The notes under the pieces are model-generated. The model searched no databases and was not told the origin of the DNA. It saw only the letters and a program-made list of their open reading frames with translations. The translations under genes and the position numbers were made by a program. DNA of 64,000 bases from an uncultured Bacteriovoracaceae bacterium. Lineage in GTDB: Bacteria; Desulfobacterota; Desulfomonilia; UBA1062. Positions 41,589 to 52,172 of this stretch are shown in pieces (position 1 is the stretch's first letter; each line of letters starts with the position of its first letter). The stretch is taken from positions 22,827-86,826 of the forward strand of contig CAYWBU010000001.1 in the NCBI GenBank assembly GCA_964456565.1, read 5' to 3'.

Positions 41589-42341
41589 ATGACAGCCATC
41601 TATATATTCAAAAAGATCCTGGGCGGCCTGCTGATGCCGGTGCCGACCCTTGCCCTGCTGCTGGTGTTTACCGGCGCTTTCTGGTGGAAAATAATGCCGA
41701 AGGGGCTGCGGTTTTTCTGGGTTGTCTTCACCGGTGTTTTTATTGTCGGTGGGTACGGCTGGATATCGGACCCGTTGCTGTATTCCCTGGAGAACCGTTA
41801 TGCGGCAGTTGAAAATGCGGATCTTCAGGATATCGGCTGGATTATTGTCCTGGGTGGCGGGCATGGTAGCAGTGGCAATATTTTTTCCGACACGACTGAA
41901 GCAAGCCTTAAACGGGCCCTCGAAGGGATAAGGCTGGCAAGGATCTGTCCGCAGGCAAAGATCATTCTTTCCGGTGGCGGGCGTTCGGAACAGACTGATG
42001 CGGCAGCCATGTATCAGGCCCTGGATGCCGCCGGAATAGGGCTTTCCAGGATCATAATCGAAGATGAATCGCTCGACACCGCGCAGCAGGCCCGCATGAT
42101 AGCCACGATGGTCGCCCGGGAAAGGTGTCTGCTGGTGACGTCTGCCTTCCATATGCAACGGGCGATGCAGCTCTTTAGCGCGAGAAATGTAGCGGTTGTC
42201 GCGGCCCCCACGGATTACAGGGTGGTATCGCATGACTGGCTGGCGGATCCGCTGCCTTCGGCCGGTGGTTTTAGGAATGCGGAAATACTGCTGCACGAAT
42301 ACTGGGGGCTGCTGTGGGCCCGTTTGCGGGGTCAGATATAA
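41589..42341 (+). CDS. DUF218 (YdcF/ElyC/SanA-like) membrane protein
   Basis: N-terminal TM helices and a DUF218 core (ILSGGG...D...QAR.....TSAFHMQRA). Confidence 0.65.
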   Translation: MTAIYIFKKILGGLLMPVPTLALLLVFTGAFWWKIMPKGLRFFWVVFTGVFIVGGYGWISDPLLYSLENRYAAVENADLQDIGWIIVLGGGHGSSGNIFSDTTEASLKRALEGIRLARICPQAKIILSGGGRSEQTDAAAMYQALDAAGIGLSRIIIEDESLDTAQQARMIATMVARERCLLVTSAFHMQRAMQLFSARNVAVVAAPTDYRVVSHDWLADPLPSAGGFRNAEILLHEYWGLLWARLRGQI

Positions 42342-42368
42342 CGGTTTGGGAGATACAAGCGGAGGAGG

Positions 42369-42773
42369 TTGATGATGGATTTAACACAAAAAATTGCCGA
42401 GATGATCGCCGTCTATCCTGAAAAGGCGGCTCTGCCGTGTCCGGTGGCCCACTATATCGCAGCCTATCTGGGGATTGATCCCCTGGAGGTCGGGAAGGTT
42501 GCCACCCGGAATAAAATCAAACTTTACCAGTGCCAGTTGGGCCTGTTCGGTTATGGCCGTAAAGGAAAGACATCCTATAAAATCATCGGGCGCAAGGTGG
42601 AGACCGACGAGGCTGTGCTGGATCAGATTCGCAGCCGGGCCTGCGATGGTCGGATTGCATGTCTGGAGCTGTGGAGAATCGCTGACGAATGCGCTATAAA
42701 CCGGGCCGAGGCCGGCAATGCGGCTGATTATCTGGGACTGAAAATTACGCCCTGTCAGCTGGGAGCCTTTTGA
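42369..42773 (+). CDS. hypothetical protein with two internal repeats (CQLGxF motifs)
   Basis: About 40-aa repeat units ...PCPVAHYIAAYLGI...KLYQCQLGLF and ...IACLELWRIADECAI...KITPCQLGAF. No domain recognised. Confidence 0.4.
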   Translation: MMMDLTQKIAEMIAVYPEKAALPCPVAHYIAAYLGIDPLEVGKVATRNKIKLYQCQLGLFGYGRKGKTSYKIIGRKVETDEAVLDQIRSRACDGRIACLELWRIADECAINRAEAGNAADYLGLKITPCQLGAF

Positions 42774-43090
42774 TTGTCGGCTATGCAACCCCGGCTGGTT
42801 GGACTTGCCGCGATTGAATGGGGGGGGTAGGGCCGGCCTCAAAAATTGATTGATGCCGGGCCCTTGATACGGTATTAATTGGCATGCATTTAATATAGCG
42901 CTAATCCCTGGTTTTATTGTCATGGAATCCCTTTGTAATTATTGATCTGACCTGAAACAACTGAGAGTAGTGGTAATATGGGAGTGATTCTAATGCTGTC
43001 GAGGGTCATTTGCCGATAGAAAATATACCGGGAGCTTAGAAAATTTGAAATTTTGATCAAGTTTAACTCCGGAGAAGGTTTTGAGATTTT

Positions 43091-45034
43091 TTGCTTATGA
43101 AAAATGAACAGATGGATGTGTTGAAAGCTATCTTTGACAAGGCCCCCTTCGGCGCTTGCATTGTGGATCTCGACGGTGACATCACCTATGTCAATCAGAG
43201 TTTCAATACCGTTGTTGAATCCGGCAGCCGGACACTGGTAGGACGCCCGGTGCTGGATCTGGCCTCCGAGGTTATCCAGGATGACGCCCTGCTGAGCCGC
43301 ATAAGACGTCTGCTTGAAACAGCCGATCCGTTTGCGCTGATGATTGAAACCTGGAGCTCACCGCTGCTCAGGACTTCAAATTTCATAAATCTTTTTGGAT
43401 ACAGGGTTGATGGGGTCAATATCCTGATTGCCGATCTTATCGGCGGGGGTGACCGTTATACCAAGATCATCCAGGAAGCCCTCGATGCCATTATAATTAT
43501 CCGGGATGGGATTATCTCGTTTTCAAACAGTTCTTTTGCCAGCATGCTTGACATGAAGCCTGAAATGATTGTCGGCCGGGCTATTGCCGAGTTTCTGGAA
43601 GGGTCCGACAAGCAGGCCCTTGATGTGTTGAACGATGCGAAGGTCAAGGAACTTTCGTTGCAGATTTCGGTGCGCACGCCCAATGGGAAACGGGTGCTGG
43701 ACGGACGCTTTCATTCGGTGGAAGATCGTCCCGGGACGACCATTGCGATCCTGCGCGACATAACCGAGGATGTGGCGCTAGAAAGGCGTCTTCTGCGCCA
43801 GAATCAGGATCTGGCCGTAATCAATCTGATTTCGGAGGTCCTGAGTTCATCACTGCAGTTGAAGGAGGTGCTGGAAAGCACCCTCGGCAAGATATTGCAG
43901 GTGATGAATATCGAGACCGGCTGGATCTTCATCCTCAACGAGGAGACCCAGACCCTTAAATGTGTATACTCCTACGGCCTGCCGGATTATGTGATGCAGT
44001 CGCTGCGGGAGTTGCGGGTCGGCGAAGGGATTGCCGGCCGGGTGGCCGTCAGCTGGGAGCCGATCATCATTGAGAATGCCTCTGAAGACCCTCGGATCAA
44101 GTCACTGGCCTTCAAGGAACAGGGTATCAAATCTTTTGCATCGATTCCGCTCAAATCACGTACCCGTCTGATCGGTGTCATGAATATCGGGTCATTCGGA
44201 CAGCGGATTCTGTCGGTGGATGACAAGCGGCTGCTGCTTAATATCGGACTGCATATGGGGACTGTGATCGAGAACGTACTGCTGTTTGAGGAGGTCAAGC
44301 AGAAATCAGAGGAACTCAGCAATGCGCTTGATGTTATCGAACAGCGTAATGATGAGCTGAAAAATCTGATCGATACTGTTTCACATGACCTTAAGAATCC
44401 GCTGATTGCCGTCAACGGTTTTTGTAAACGCCTGCTAAAGTCGGCCGGCGACAAGCTTTCGGAAAGGGAGCTTGAATATGTCAAGGCCATCGATGAAAGC
44501 GGCCGGACAATGGAAAATTTTGTGCATAATCTGCTTTCGGTTTCGGCCGCTGAGCGCCAGAAGATTGAAAATGAAAACTTTGCAGTCAGCCAGTTGCTCG
44601 AGGAAATCGTGCGTCAGGTTGTGCCGCAACTGGATGCCAAGCGCGGCCGGATTGAAATTGCTGAGGATATGCCGGAGTTGACGGCCGACAAGACCCGCGT
44701 TATGCAGATTTTTTCAAACCTGATCACCAATGCGATCAAGTATTCACATCCGGAACGCCAGCCCCACATCAGAGTGGGCAGCCAACCCCATGATACGGGA
44801 CATCTGTTTTTTGTAAGGGATAACGGAATCGGCATCGGCCAGGAGTACATCGACAATGTCTTTGACATCTTTTTCCGGGCCTACGAGGATATTGCCGAAG
44901 GAACCGGCATCGGTCTTTCGATTGTAAAGAAGGCTGTCAAGGCAATGGGCGGCAGGATCTGGCTGGAATCAACCGAGGGGGAGGGCTCAACCTTCTATTT
45001 CACGATCCCCCAGGATAAAAGCGTTGATTCGTAA
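43091..45034 (+). CDS. PAS/GAF sensor histidine kinase
   Basis: PAS segments, a GAF-like segment, H-box VSHDLKNPL, and ATPase boxes NLITNAIKYS, DNGIGIG, GTGIGLS. Confidence 0.8.
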   Translation: MLMKNEQMDVLKAIFDKAPFGACIVDLDGDITYVNQSFNTVVESGSRTLVGRPVLDLASEVIQDDALLSRIRRLLETADPFALMIETWSSPLLRTSNFINLFGYRVDGVNILIADLIGGGDRYTKIIQEALDAIIIIRDGIISFSNSSFASMLDMKPEMIVGRAIAEFLEGSDKQALDVLNDAKVKELSLQISVRTPNGKRVLDGRFHSVEDRPGTTIAILRDITEDVALERRLLRQNQDLAVINLISEVLSSSLQLKEVLESTLGKILQVMNIETGWIFILNEETQTLKCVYSYGLPDYVMQSLRELRVGEGIAGRVAVSWEPIIIENASEDPRIKSLAFKEQGIKSFASIPLKSRTRLIGVMNIGSFGQRILSVDDKRLLLNIGLHMGTVIENVLLFEEVKQKSEELSNALDVIEQRNDELKNLIDTVSHDLKNPLIAVNGFCKRLLKSAGDKLSERELEYVKAIDESGRTMENFVHNLLSVSAAERQKIENENFAVSQLLEEIVRQVVPQLDAKRGRIEIAEDMPELTADKTRVMQIFSNLITNAIKYSHPERQPHIRVGSQPHDTGHLFFVRDNGIGIGQEYIDNVFDIFFRAYEDIAEGTGIGLSIVKKAVKAMGGRIWLESTEGEGSTFYFTIPQDKSVDS

Positions 45035-45085
45035 ACTGATGATGCTTGACATGGTTCCGGTCCCCATGTATAAACGCTTGAGTTT

Positions 45086-45160
45086 GGGCCGCTAGCTCAG
45101 CGGGAGAGCACTGCCTTCACACGGCAGGGGTCACTGGTTCAATCCCAGTGCGGCCCACCA
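45086..45160 (+). tRNA. tRNA-Val (anticodon CAC)
   Basis: Cloverleaf: acceptor GGGCCGC/GCGGCCC, D-arm GCTCAGCGGGAGAGC, anticodon stem CTGCC/GGCAG with loop TTCACAC, T-arm ACTGGTTCAATCCCAGT, 3' ACCA. Confidence 0.85.
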
Positions 45161-45178
45161 TTTTCAGCCCCACCTGGT

Positions 45179-46648
45179 TCAGATATTTGCCTGTGAGTCC
45201 AGATTTATCTGTCCGCGTTTCAGGTCTTTCGCGGCATGGATGATGATCTCGATATTAAATTTTTCCTGCAGCTGACAGAGATATTCTCGTTTGCTGTTGA
45301 GCAGGGCAAAGGCCACATCCTCGGGCAGTCCGGCAAAGACCTTGCGGATGCGGGAACGGTTGCGGGAGATGTAGACCTGGATCTCACGCAAGGCCATGAA
45401 AACACAGGACTCTATGGAGCGGATCAGACCGGTGCCGTCGCAGCACGGGCAGCTGACATGGCTTTTTTCGATCAGTGGCGGAGAGAGCCGTTCGCGTGAG
45501 ATCTCCATCAGTCCCAGCTGTGATATCTTGCAGATGATGATGTGGGCCCGATCGGCCTTGAGGGCATCTTTAATGGCCTTTTCAACCTGGCGGATATGAT
45601 CGCGGGAGCGCATGTCGATAAAGTCGATCACGATCAGACCTCCCAGATCTCGCAGGATCAGCTGCCGGGCAATTTCGGCCGTGGCTTCCATGTTGGTGGA
45701 GAAGGCCGTTTCCTCGATGTCCCTGCTGCCGGTTGACTGGCCGGAGTTGACATCAATGGTGACCATGGCTTCGGTCTGTTCAATCACCAGGGTGGCCCCT
45801 GATTTCAACTTAACTTCGCGGTTGTAGGTGGATTCGATCTGTCTTTCCAGATCATGTTTGTTCAGCAACGGTTTTATATCTTTATAATATTTTATTATCT
45901 TTTTACGCCGTGGCATGACACGCTGGATGAAGTCCTGAGCCCGTTTGAAGGTCTCTTCATCGTCCACCAGGATTTCTTTGATATCGGGGGTCAGATAGTC
46001 GCGAATGGAGCGGGTGACGATATCACCTTCGCGGTAGACAAGACCTGGCTCGCCCTGACTCTTGAGGTCTTTTTCTATGCCGCTCCAGAGCCGCATCAGG
46101 TAGTTCAGGTCCCGGTTGAGGTCGGATTTGGTGCGCCCCATGCCGGCAGTTCGCACAATTACCCCCATATGTTCCGGTACCTGGAGTTCCTTGATGATCT
46201 CTTTGATTTTCCTGCGATGTTCCTCTTTTTCAATTTTGCGGGATCTCCCGGCGAGGCTCTGGTTGGGAACCAGGACAAGATATTTCCCCGGCAGGGAAAG
46301 ATTGGTCGTCAGCAGGGCGCCTTTTTTGTTTTTTTCCTCACGACTGACCTGAACCGGCAGCTGCATACCCTTGTGAAGATATTTCAGGATATCCTTGCCC
46401 TTGGCCGCTTTAGGCAGGTAGGCGGGGTTGATGTCTGAAACCGGCAGGAAGCCGTTCTTGTCGCGGCCGTAATCAATAAATACGGCATTCAGACTGGCCT
46501 CCACCCGGGTGATCTTGCCCCGGTAGATATTGCCTTTGATCTGCTCCTTGAGCGAAGTCTCGATAAAGAGTCCGGTTAAGGTGTTATTTTCCACTACAGC
46601 CACTCTGACTTCGTCAGCATGGATGGCATTTATAAGCATTTTTTTCAT
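45179..46648 (-). CDS. rng: ribonuclease G (RNase E/G family)
   Basis: N-terminal S1 domain (GNIYRGKITRVEASLNAVFIDYG) and RNase E/G catalytic core (GGLIVIDFIDM). Confidence 0.85.
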   Translation of the reverse strand: MKKMLINAIHADEVRVAVVENNTLTGLFIETSLKEQIKGNIYRGKITRVEASLNAVFIDYGRDKNGFLPVSDINPAYLPKAAKGKDILKYLHKGMQLPVQVSREEKNKKGALLTTNLSLPGKYLVLVPNQSLAGRSRKIEKEEHRRKIKEIIKELQVPEHMGVIVRTAGMGRTKSDLNRDLNYLMRLWSGIEKDLKSQGEPGLVYREGDIVTRSIRDYLTPDIKEILVDDEETFKRAQDFIQRVMPRRKKIIKYYKDIKPLLNKHDLERQIESTYNREVKLKSGATLVIEQTEAMVTIDVNSGQSTGSRDIEETAFSTNMEATAEIARQLILRDLGGLIVIDFIDMRSRDHIRQVEKAIKDALKADRAHIIICKISQLGLMEISRERLSPPLIEKSHVSCPCCDGTGLIRSIESCVFMALREIQVYISRNRSRIRKVFAGLPEDVAFALLNSKREYLCQLQEKFNIEIIIHAAKDLKRGQINLDSQANI

Positions 46649-46671
46649 AGGATTGCCTGTCGCAAATCTCC

Positions 46672-47274
46672 TTATTCAATAAAATCCAGAGGTCCGAGTC
46701 CGGTCCGGACCACTTCAAAATTATCATCTTCCATGGAAAGCACGGTTGACGGAATATCCGGCAGGATTCCGCTGTCAACAATGGCGTCCACCATATGCCC
46801 GAAATCGTTTTCGATCATCAGCGGGTCGATATGCAACTGTTCGGTGGACATGGGAACGCTGGTGGTCAGGATGGGCTCGCCCACTTGTTTGAGAATGTCC
46901 AGACAGAACCAGTGGTCGGGAATACGGATGCCGATGGATTTGCGGTTTGACTGCAGAAGTTTGGGAACCAGGCGGGTTGCCGGCAGGATGAAGGTATAGG
47001 GACCGGGCACCAGACTCTTGATCAAGCGAAAAGACTCGTTGCTGACCTTGGCATACTCACCAATGGTGCTGATGTCCGGCAGCATGATGCTCTTGGGTTT
47101 CTGTGACTTCTTAATGGTCTGAATACGCTCAATGCCTTTCTTGTTCGAGATCATGCAACCCAGACCGTAAACCGTATCGGTGGGATATACGATAACGCCT
47201 CCCTGCTGCAGAATTTTGCAAACCTGATCCACAACCCTGGGCTTGGGGCGTTCCGGATCAATAATAACACGCAT
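46672..47274 (-). CDS. tsaC: L-threonylcarbamoyladenylate synthase (TsaC/YrdC family)
   Basis: GGVIVYPTDTVYGLGC...SIMLPDI. Confidence 0.8.
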   Translation of the reverse strand: MRVIIDPERPKPRVVDQVCKILQQGGVIVYPTDTVYGLGCMISNKKGIERIQTIKKSQKPKSIMLPDISTIGEYAKVSNESFRLIKSLVPGPYTFILPATRLVPKLLQSNRKSIGIRIPDHWFCLDILKQVGEPILTTSVPMSTEQLHIDPLMIENDFGHMVDAIVDSGILPDIPSTVLSMEDDNFEVVRTGLGPLDFIE

Positions 47275-47276
47275 AG

Positions 47277-48023
47277 CTATTCCTCTCTTATACAAAGACT
47301 ACGTCTATCTATGTTGCCCAGTGCAGCAAAAATAGAGCTCCTTATATCCGGGATATCATTTTCCAGCTCTTTAAGATATTTTTTTATCATATCCCGTTTG
47401 CTGTCGGCCCGAATCAGGCACCTGTTTTCCACCGGTGCAACCTCCAGATGCTCAAAATATTCAGATATCAGGGTTTCCGGGCAGTAGGCAAGCGGTCTGA
47501 TGATTCGGTTGCGGCCGTCGTTTGATATCCGGGACGGGGCCATTGCGCCGAGCTGTCCGGTATAAAAAGAACGCAGCAGAAAGGTTTCAACAATGTCATC
47601 GCGGTGATGGCCGAGGGCAATGGCGTTTGCGCCGGTGTCCTCGGCCTGGGCATAGAGGATCCCGCGCCGCAGCCGGGAGCAAAGGGCGCAGGCACTTTTG
47701 GCAGGATCGCGAATCTCATTAAGGATCCGGGCGAGGTCGGAATCGATAATTTCGATCTCAAGGTGCAGCTCTTTTTTTGACCAGGCCGCGATCTGGTCAA
47801 AGTTTTCCTCAAAACCGGTCGCCACATGGATCGGACGGATCTCAAAACTGACCGGAGCTGCCAGCCTGAGATCGTTGAGGATCTTGAGCATCACGATCGA
47901 GTCCTTGCCGCCGGAGATGGCCGCCATGATACTGTCGCCATCCCTGACCATGGCGAAATCCTGAATTGCACTGCCCACATGTTTACGCAGGCGCCGTTCA
48001 TAATAGCGTCGGGTATGTTCCAT
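47277..48023 (-). CDS. ttcA: tRNA 2-thiocytidine(32) synthetase TtcA (PP-loop ATPase)
   Basis: SGGKDS PP-loop plus a CALCSRLRRG Fe-S cysteine motif. Confidence 0.8.
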   Translation of the reverse strand: MEHTRRYYERRLRKHVGSAIQDFAMVRDGDSIMAAISGGKDSIVMLKILNDLRLAAPVSFEIRPIHVATGFEENFDQIAAWSKKELHLEIEIIDSDLARILNEIRDPAKSACALCSRLRRGILYAQAEDTGANAIALGHHRDDIVETFLLRSFYTGQLGAMAPSRISNDGRNRIIRPLAYCPETLISEYFEHLEVAPVENRCLIRADSKRDMIKKYLKELENDIPDIRSSIFAALGNIDRRSLCIREE

Positions 48024-48024
48024 G

Positions 48025-48945
48025 TCAGCTTTCCTTGAGCCACTGTGTCAGATGGTTCAGGGCTATGCCAGGTTCGGCCGCGATGACATCGGGTCGGTTT
48101 TTGTTGAGCCAGGTCAACTGTCTTTTGGCATAGTGGCGTGTATCACGTTTGATCTTCTCAAGTGCGTTTGCGAGGCTGATTTGGCCGCTCAGGTAGGCAA
48201 CCACATGTTTATAGGCGAGGGTCTTCATGGATTTGAGATCCACGCCGTAGCCCAGATCCAGCAGTTTTTCAGTTTCAGCAATCAGGCCGTTCTCCACCAT
48301 CATGTCGACCCGCTGATCGATGTCGCGGTAGAGCTGCTGCCGGTCGGGGATGATGGCGATGACTTTTGCCGGCTGCCGGACTTCCCGGAATCCGTGCTGG
48401 TTATGGATTTCACTGATGGTCCGGCCGGTCTGGAAAATCACCTCCAGGGCCCTTGTGATACGCACCGGGTCCCCGGGGTTGATCCGCTGGGCGGCCGCGG
48501 GATCGAGGCGTTCCAGGATCCGGTAGAGATATTCCAGCCCACGGGTGGAGATAAGAGCGTCGAAGGCCGTCCGCAGATCTGCCGATCCACCGGGAAGGGG
48601 GCTCAATCCGTAGCACATGGCCTTGATGTACAGGCCGGTGCCGCCCACTGTCAGGGGAAGATCGCCTTCCTGCTCAATCAGGGAGCGGGCCTCAGAGGCC
48701 TGCCTGACAAACTCGCCGGCATTAAACTCCTCATCCGGATCACAGATATCGATCAGGTGATGTCTTAGGCGACATTGCTCCAACCTTGTGGGTTTGGCCG
48801 TGGCAATGTCCATGTGACGGTAGACCTGCATCGAATCGGCCGAGATGACCTGTACCGGAAAATCTTTGGCGATTCTGAATGCAAGGCCGGTCTTGCCGCA
48901 GCAGGTGGGCCCGGTAATAACTGTCAGGGGCGTCTCCCGATCCAT
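48025..48945 (-). CDS. miaA: tRNA dimethylallyltransferase
   Basis: ITGPTCCGKTGLA...VISADSMQVYR..DIATAKP. Confidence 0.9.
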   Translation of the reverse strand: MDRETPLTVITGPTCCGKTGLAFRIAKDFPVQVISADSMQVYRHMDIATAKPTRLEQCRLRHHLIDICDPDEEFNAGEFVRQASEARSLIEQEGDLPLTVGGTGLYIKAMCYGLSPLPGGSADLRTAFDALISTRGLEYLYRILERLDPAAAQRINPGDPVRITRALEVIFQTGRTISEIHNQHGFREVRQPAKVIAIIPDRQQLYRDIDQRVDMMVENGLIAETEKLLDLGYGVDLKSMKTLAYKHVVAYLSGQISLANALEKIKRDTRHYAKRQLTWLNKNRPDVIAAEPGIALNHLTQWLKES

Positions 48946-50681
48946 TTCTCAATCTCGTAAAAATCTATTTTTTTATACAGTGGTCGGCCGTGGGGGCAGG
49001 TCTGGGGTGCTCCGGTGGCGTCCAACTCGTTCAGCAGGGTTTCAATCTCGGTCGCGGTCAGATCCTTGCCGGCCCGGATGCTTTTGTGGCAGGCCATTGT
49101 CGCCAGGATATCATCCCGATAATTGCTCCTGGGGATATTGCCCTCGAGCATCTCGTGGATAACCCGCATGATGATGGAGCGGATATTGCCGTTGGAAAGA
49201 CTGGCCGGAACTGAGCGTACAGCTGCTGCATCCGTGCCGAATTCATAGATGTCAAAGCCGAGCGTGTTCAAATACTGCATAATGTCATGCAGGACACTGT
49301 ACTCGATCCGGCTGAGTTCCAGGATGATGGGACTCAAAAGTGTCTGGACCGCCGGTTTGTTTTCGCCGAGACTCCGCCGGAGTTTTTCATAGTTGATGCG
49401 TTCATGGGCGGCATGCTGGTCCAGGATGTAGAGCGCCTCGGTATCTTCAAGCAGGATATAGGTTGATCTGAGGGTGCCGGCAATGTTCTTGGTACGATAA
49501 AAGTTAGCCGGTGCATCGGCAGCTGAGGTTGTAGTGTTGCCGGGCCAGATGCGTTCGGTATAGCGGGCCGGAGTATCGCTGACAATACTCGGGGCCGGAG
49601 TTGCAGACCGCGGTGGCATATCCGGAAACAGGGGCTGGCTCTCCTGTCTGGCAAAAATAGGCCGGCTCGGCATGTCCGGCGGATCGGGCTGCGGAGCCCC
49701 GGCAAGGGTCTCCTTGATGGAGCCGGCAATCAGGCCGAAGACCGCCGAAGAGTTTTTAAAGCGCACCTCGGCCTTGGCCGGATGGACATTGACATCCACA
49801 TCGGCCGAGTCCAGCTCCAGAAAGATCAGGGCCACCGGATATTTCCTGGTCATCAGCAGACCGCGATAGCCTTCAATTGCCGCGGCGGTCATGGTGTTAT
49901 CGCGGACGGCCCGGCCATTGACGAAAGGGTAGACGGCGGCTCGCGTAGGCCGCGAAATCTCAGGTTCAGCCAGGTAACCCCGGATCTTTGCTCCCGGGCG
50001 GATCTTTTCAAAATGGCGCATCTTATCGCGCAGATTCCGGCCGAGAATCATGGGAATGCGCTCCTCCATTGACATGCCCCGCGGAATATCAAAGAGGCTT
50101 CTGCCGTTGACGTTGAGCTTGAAGGCAATATCTTTGTTGAGCAGGCTGTAGCGTGAAATGATATCAACGATATTGCGCTGTTCGGTTGCCGTGGTCTTGA
50201 GAAATTTTTTGCGGGCCGGGGTGTTGAAGAAAAGGTCGCGGACTTCCACCACCGTACCGATCGGCAGGCCCTTGGCGCCTTTCTTGATGATCTGACCGCC
50301 TTCCATAATCAGAAAACTGCCGCTGGCGGAGGTTTTTTCACGGGTGAAAACCGAAGTGCGGCTGACGGAGATGATGCTCGGCAGGGCCTCACCCCGGAAA
50401 CCGAGGGTTGTAATGGCAAAGAGGTCCTCGGTTGTGCTGATCTTGCTGGTTGCATGCCGCAGCATGGCGGTTTCCAGCTGGTCACCGGCGATCCCGCAGC
50501 CGTTGTCGGTAACCCGGATCAGGTCGATCCCGCCGCCTTCAACCTCGACCGTGATGGCATCGGCACCGGCGTCGATGGCATTTTCAACCAGTTCCTTGAC
50601 AACCGAGGCCGGACGTTCAATTACCTCACCGGCGGCTATCTGGTTGACCAGATCTTGTGACAGTACCTTTATGCTGCTCAA
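48924..50681 (-). CDS. mutL: DNA mismatch repair protein MutL
   Basis: N-terminal GHKL ATPase (IAAGEVIERPASVVKELVENAIDAG...VTDNGCGI) and the MutL C-terminal dimerisation domain. Confidence 0.9.
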   Translation of the reverse strand: MSSIKVLSQDLVNQIAAGEVIERPASVVKELVENAIDAGADAITVEVEGGGIDLIRVTDNGCGIAGDQLETAMLRHATSKISTTEDLFAITTLGFRGEALPSIISVSRTSVFTREKTSASGSFLIMEGGQIIKKGAKGLPIGTVVEVRDLFFNTPARKKFLKTTATEQRNIVDIISRYSLLNKDIAFKLNVNGRSLFDIPRGMSMEERIPMILGRNLRDKMRHFEKIRPGAKIRGYLAEPEISRPTRAAVYPFVNGRAVRDNTMTAAAIEGYRGLLMTRKYPVALIFLELDSADVDVNVHPAKAEVRFKNSSAVFGLIAGSIKETLAGAPQPDPPDMPSRPIFARQESQPLFPDMPPRSATPAPSIVSDTPARYTERIWPGNTTTSAADAPANFYRTKNIAGTLRSTYILLEDTEALYILDQHAAHERINYEKLRRSLGENKPAVQTLLSPIILELSRIEYSVLHDIMQYLNTLGFDIYEFGTDAAAVRSVPASLSNGNIRSIIMRVIHEMLEGNIPRSNYRDDILATMACHKSIRAGKDLTATEIETLLNELDATGAPQTCPHGRPLYKKIDFYEIEKWIGRRP

Positions 50682-50683
50682 AA

Positions 50684-52051
50684 CTAGATCTCGAAGGACA
50701 TCTTGGCAACCTTGGCCGGCATCTGCATGCGGTCCTCAAAGCCCTCACGGCCCATCAGGCTGAAGGTGTTGATCTTGCCGAGCTCCACCCCGGGCTGATC
50801 AAAGGGATTGATGTTCAGCAGGTAGCCGGTGAAGGCCGTGGCCGCTTCAAAGAACATGAAAAGGGCCCCGATGGTGCGGGCATCAATCGTATCCAGGGCG
50901 ATGTGCCCGGTCATCCGCTGGTTGCTGATGAGGGCGGCCATGGTGCCTTTGGCCTCGGCATTTATGAGTTCGGACATATTTTTGCCACACAGGTAGGCGA
51001 CTTCGGGAATGTCATCCATAACCTGCGGCATCGTGATGTCGTTTCGGTAGTTTTTGACGGTCATGATATTGATGATTTTATCATAGGGGCCTTCCATGTA
51101 GAGCTGGACCTGGGAGTGCTGATCGGTTGCACCTAAGGCCTTGACCGGAGTCTGGCCGGTGTAGACGGAACGGCCGTCCAGGGAATTTTTCTTGCCGAGG
51201 CTTTCGGCCCACAGCTGGCGATACCAGTCCGCCATATCATAGAGGGCATTGGCATAGGGCATCAGAACTGAGATGTTGTGGCCCTTGACCATGGCCAGGT
51301 AATGACAGATACCGTAGAGATAGGGCGGATTTTCAAAGATGTCTTCTCTGAGGGCAATATCGGCCATTGCGGCGGCGCCGCTGAGCAGCTCATCGATATC
51401 AATACCGCACAGGGCCGCCGGAAGCAGGCCTACCGGAGTGAGGACGCTGAAGCGCCCGCCAATCTCAGGTGGGATTTCAAGGGTCCGGATACCTTCATTT
51501 CTGGCCAGTTTTCTGAGCACGCCCTTGACCGGATCGGTGACAAAGATCAGGTTGTCCTTATATTTGTTCCCCAGGGCCTTTTTCAGCAGATCGAGGACTA
51601 TCATGAACTGGGCGGCCGGTTCGGCGGTGGTCCCCGATTTGCTCACGATCAGGAACAGGGTCTCAGATACATTGATATGACTCAGCAGGCTGTGCATGTA
51701 TTCCGGGTCAACATTGTCCGGAAAGAACATGCGAGGCTCGCTGTGCAGGTTATGCAGCGGATCCTTGAGGGCACTGAAGGCCGTTTTGGGCCCCAGCGAT
51801 GACCCGCCGATGCCGATGTTGACGACATTCTTGAACTTGTGGCCGATTTCAGCCGCCGTCTGTTTGACTTTTTCGGCCACTTCACGCCCCAGTGGCAGGT
51901 CATAAAAGCCGATTTCGCCGGAAAGCCGTTTTTCCATAATGGTTTGATGGGCAGACTGGGTCTTGGGGGCAAGGGCCTCGATATCGCTGAGTGCGATGCC
52001 TTTATCCCCGATCAGATCAGTGGAATATCCCGAAAAATCGAATGTAATCAT
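50684..52051 (-). CDS. pgi: glucose-6-phosphate isomerase
   Basis: SIS-domain PGI motifs (IGIGGS.LG, VSKSGTT.E). Confidence 0.8.
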   Translation of the reverse strand: MITFDFSGYSTDLIGDKGIALSDIEALAPKTQSAHQTIMEKRLSGEIGFYDLPLGREVAEKVKQTAAEIGHKFKNVVNIGIGGSSLGPKTAFSALKDPLHNLHSEPRMFFPDNVDPEYMHSLLSHINVSETLFLIVSKSGTTAEPAAQFMIVLDLLKKALGNKYKDNLIFVTDPVKGVLRKLARNEGIRTLEIPPEIGGRFSVLTPVGLLPAALCGIDIDELLSGAAAMADIALREDIFENPPYLYGICHYLAMVKGHNISVLMPYANALYDMADWYRQLWAESLGKKNSLDGRSVYTGQTPVKALGATDQHSQVQLYMEGPYDKIINIMTVKNYRNDITMPQVMDDIPEVAYLCGKNMSELINAEAKGTMAALISNQRMTGHIALDTIDARTIGALFMFFEAATAFTGYLLNINPFDQPGVELGKINTFSLMGREGFEDRMQMPAKVAKMSFEI

Positions 52052-52172
52052 AACTGGCCCTCCATTAGAAATTCTTGTATTAAGAAAGTATAGTGATCAT
52101 AATTATAAGTCAACCTGTGAGAATGTTGGAAGATTGCATCATGATATAGGTGCATGAAATAAAGGAGGTCGT

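Noticed and set aside
42825-42832. G8 homopolymer and GC-rich patch in the leader of the PAS/GAF kinase
   Set aside because: A single short homopolymer with no repeat-array structure. It might be phase-variable, but there is no coding context to support that.
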